DNA of 28,410 nt from a virus (lineage: Duplodnaviria; Caudoviricetes), in IMG/VR virus record IMGVR_UViG_3300025687_000235, positions 1 to 28,410 of that record; one strand, given 5' to 3'. The notes under the pieces are model-generated. The model saw only the letters and a program-made list of their open reading frames with translations, searched no databases and was not told the DNA's origin. Numbering within the stretch: the first letter of the stretch is position 1; every line of letters begins with the position of its first letter. Position numbers and translations under genes: made by a program. Positions 27,407 through 28,410 of the stretch are shown here, piece by piece.

Positions 27407-27574
27407 ATGAAAATCTACACTGTGGATCACTGGCAAGAACATTGGGACGAACTGATCTCCAGAGTTGAAGGTGGAGAGCAAATAGGGATCTCAAACGGAG
27501 ATAACATAGCAGTCATGATACCAGCAGACGACGAACTTATACGAATATACACAGAACATAACGAAGGGTCTTGA
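27407..27574 (+). CDS. 55-aa protein, Phd/YefM antitoxin-like N-terminal fold (not in the ORF track)
   Basis: Manual translation: MKIYTVDHWQEHWDELISRVEGGEQIGISNGDNIAVMIPADDELIRIYTEHNEGS*. The EL..RVE.GE.I.I...AVM.P pattern resembles Phd/YefM. Confidence 0.6.
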   Translation: MKIYTVDHWQEHWDELISRVEGGEQIGISNGDNIAVMIPADDELIRIYTEHNEGS

Positions 27575-27600
27575 CAACAGCATCTCAGGTCTGCTATAAT
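27571..27600 (+). promoter_or_regulatory. Sigma70-type promoter for the tRNA cluster
   Basis: TTGACA 27571-27576, 18-nt spacer, TGc-TATAAT 27595-27600. Confidence 0.78.
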
Positions 27601-27615
27601 TGACCTGAACCCAAT

Positions 27616-27687
27616 GGGAATATAGCTTAATGGTTAGAGCGGCCTGCTTATAACGGGTTAGTCTGGGTTCAACTCCCAGTATTCCTA
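27616..27687 (+). tRNA. tRNA-Ile(UAU)
   Basis: Acceptor GGGAATA/TATTCCT, anticodon arm GCCTG-CTTATAA-CGGGT, T arm CTGGG-TTCAACT-CCCAG; no encoded CCA. Confidence 0.9.
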
Positions 27688-27736
27688 TTAACTCATAACT
27701 TTTCTAAATAGTTATGTAAATATTCATAACACCATT

Positions 27737-28180
27737 ATGTTTAAACTAATTTCAACTTGTAAGGGTTGTGGATGTGAAATTATTAATGAGAGAGAAACTA
27801 AGGGGCGCCTCAAAACTTGGTGTAGCGATAAATGTAGACATCAATGGCGTTATCAAAACGATCCAAAATACAAAACAAGTCAACAACAAAGAAATACCTA
27901 TGATAGGCAAAAGAGAGTTGCCTATGAGAGAAAGTGGTCAGCAATACAATCAAAAGGTGGAAAGTGTCAACAATGTGGTGAAAGTAGACCCGCAATGCTA
28001 TGCTTTCACCACAGAAACCCATCAGAGAAAAAAATTAGACTAGATTCTAGAAGATTTAGTAATACAAATCTTAAATTACTCCTAGAAGAAGTTGACAAAT
28101 GCGACCTTCTATGTCATAATTGTCATCAAGAACTCCACAACGCTGATGGGTGGAAAGAGTTCTTTAATAAGCAGGTTTAG
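27737..28180 (+). CDS. HNH endonuclease inserted in the tRNA cluster
   Basis: N-terminal CKGCG..WCSDKC zinc motif; GGKCQQCG..FHHRNP..KCDLLCHNCHQELH. Confidence 0.85.
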   Translation: MFKLISTCKGCGCEIINERETKGRLKTWCSDKCRHQWRYQNDPKYKTSQQQRNTYDRQKRVAYERKWSAIQSKGGKCQQCGESRPAMLCFHHRNPSEKKIRLDSRRFSNTNLKLLLEEVDKCDLLCHNCHQELHNADGWKEFFNKQV

Positions 28181-28244
28181 CAATCTGGTTGAATGCTCCG
28201 TTCTCATAAAGCGGCTAAGGTGGGTTCAATTCCCTCAACCTGCA
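28171..28244 (+). tRNA. tRNA with CAU anticodon (elongator Met, or Ile2 if lysidine-modified)
   Basis: Acceptor GCAGGTT/AACCTGC, anticodon arm CCGTT-CTCATAA-AGCGG, T loop TTCAATT. Paired 1:72 position argues against an initiator tRNA. Confidence 0.85.
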
Positions 28245-28277
28245 TTGACCATTAACACTCTTTGAGTTATAATGGTC
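28245..28277 (+). promoter_or_regulatory. Sigma70-type promoter within a palindrome
   Basis: TTGACC 28245-28250, 17-nt spacer, TATAAT 28268-28273; GACCATTA/TAATGGTC inverted repeat. Confidence 0.7.
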
Positions 28278-28286
28278 TCATATCAC

Positions 28287-28360
28287 GGGAGTGTATTCCA
28301 ACAGGCAGAGAAAATCGACTTAAAATCGATCCAGTGTGGGTTCGAATCCCACCACTCCTA
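28287..28360 (+). tRNA. tRNA-Leu(UAA) with a short variable loop
   Basis: Acceptor GGGAGTG/CACTCCT, anticodon arm ATCGA-CTTAAAA-TCGAT, T arm GTGGG-TTCGAAT-CCCAC; no encoded CCA. Confidence 0.88.
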
Positions 28361-28376
28361 TTCATTCAAATAAAAC

Positions 28377-28410
28377 ATGGACGATCTCAAAATCTATTGC
28401 GAAACAATGG
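28377..28410 (+). CDS. Possible start of an ORF running off the window
   Basis: ATG GAC GAT CTC... (MDDLKIYCETM) is open to the end of the window. Confidence 0.35.
   Translation, partial: MDDLKIYCETM

Noticed and set aside
1-28410. Stop-codon reassignment or alternative genetic code
   Set aside because: Core genes are full length in the standard code, TAA, TAG and TGA all serve as stops, and no suppressor tRNA is present.

Overview
A 28.4 kb segment of a T4-like cyanomyophage (Kyanoviridae-type), identified by recognisable core genes and their order; no searches were run. It runs from the end of thyX through phoH, an exonuclease, gp33, gp59 and gp32, then a minus-strand gp4-gp2-gp48-gp53 block. 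A plus-strand baseplate hub/tail block follows (tail-tube-like gene, gp26, gp51, two paralogous tape-measure-like genes, a gp27-like gene, a three-part gp5-like locus and tail-fibre genes). It ends in two small early ORFs and a tRNA cluster (Ile-UAU, CAU, Leu-UAA). Main leads: (1) the gp51-like ORF has no ATG at its expected start and lies in the -1 frame just after a T_TTT_TTC slippery site at the end of gp26, suggesting a lambda G/GT-style programmed frameshift; (2) an M23 peptidase domain with its motifs in circularly permuted order; (3) three inserted genes, each with a late-promoter motif embedded in a stem structure, including a GC-rich hairpin/pseudoknot at 3481-3557; (4) a 2176-aa fibre with two 7-bladed FG-GAP propellers and an S74 chaperone; (5) atypical tRNAs with palindrome-associated promoters.
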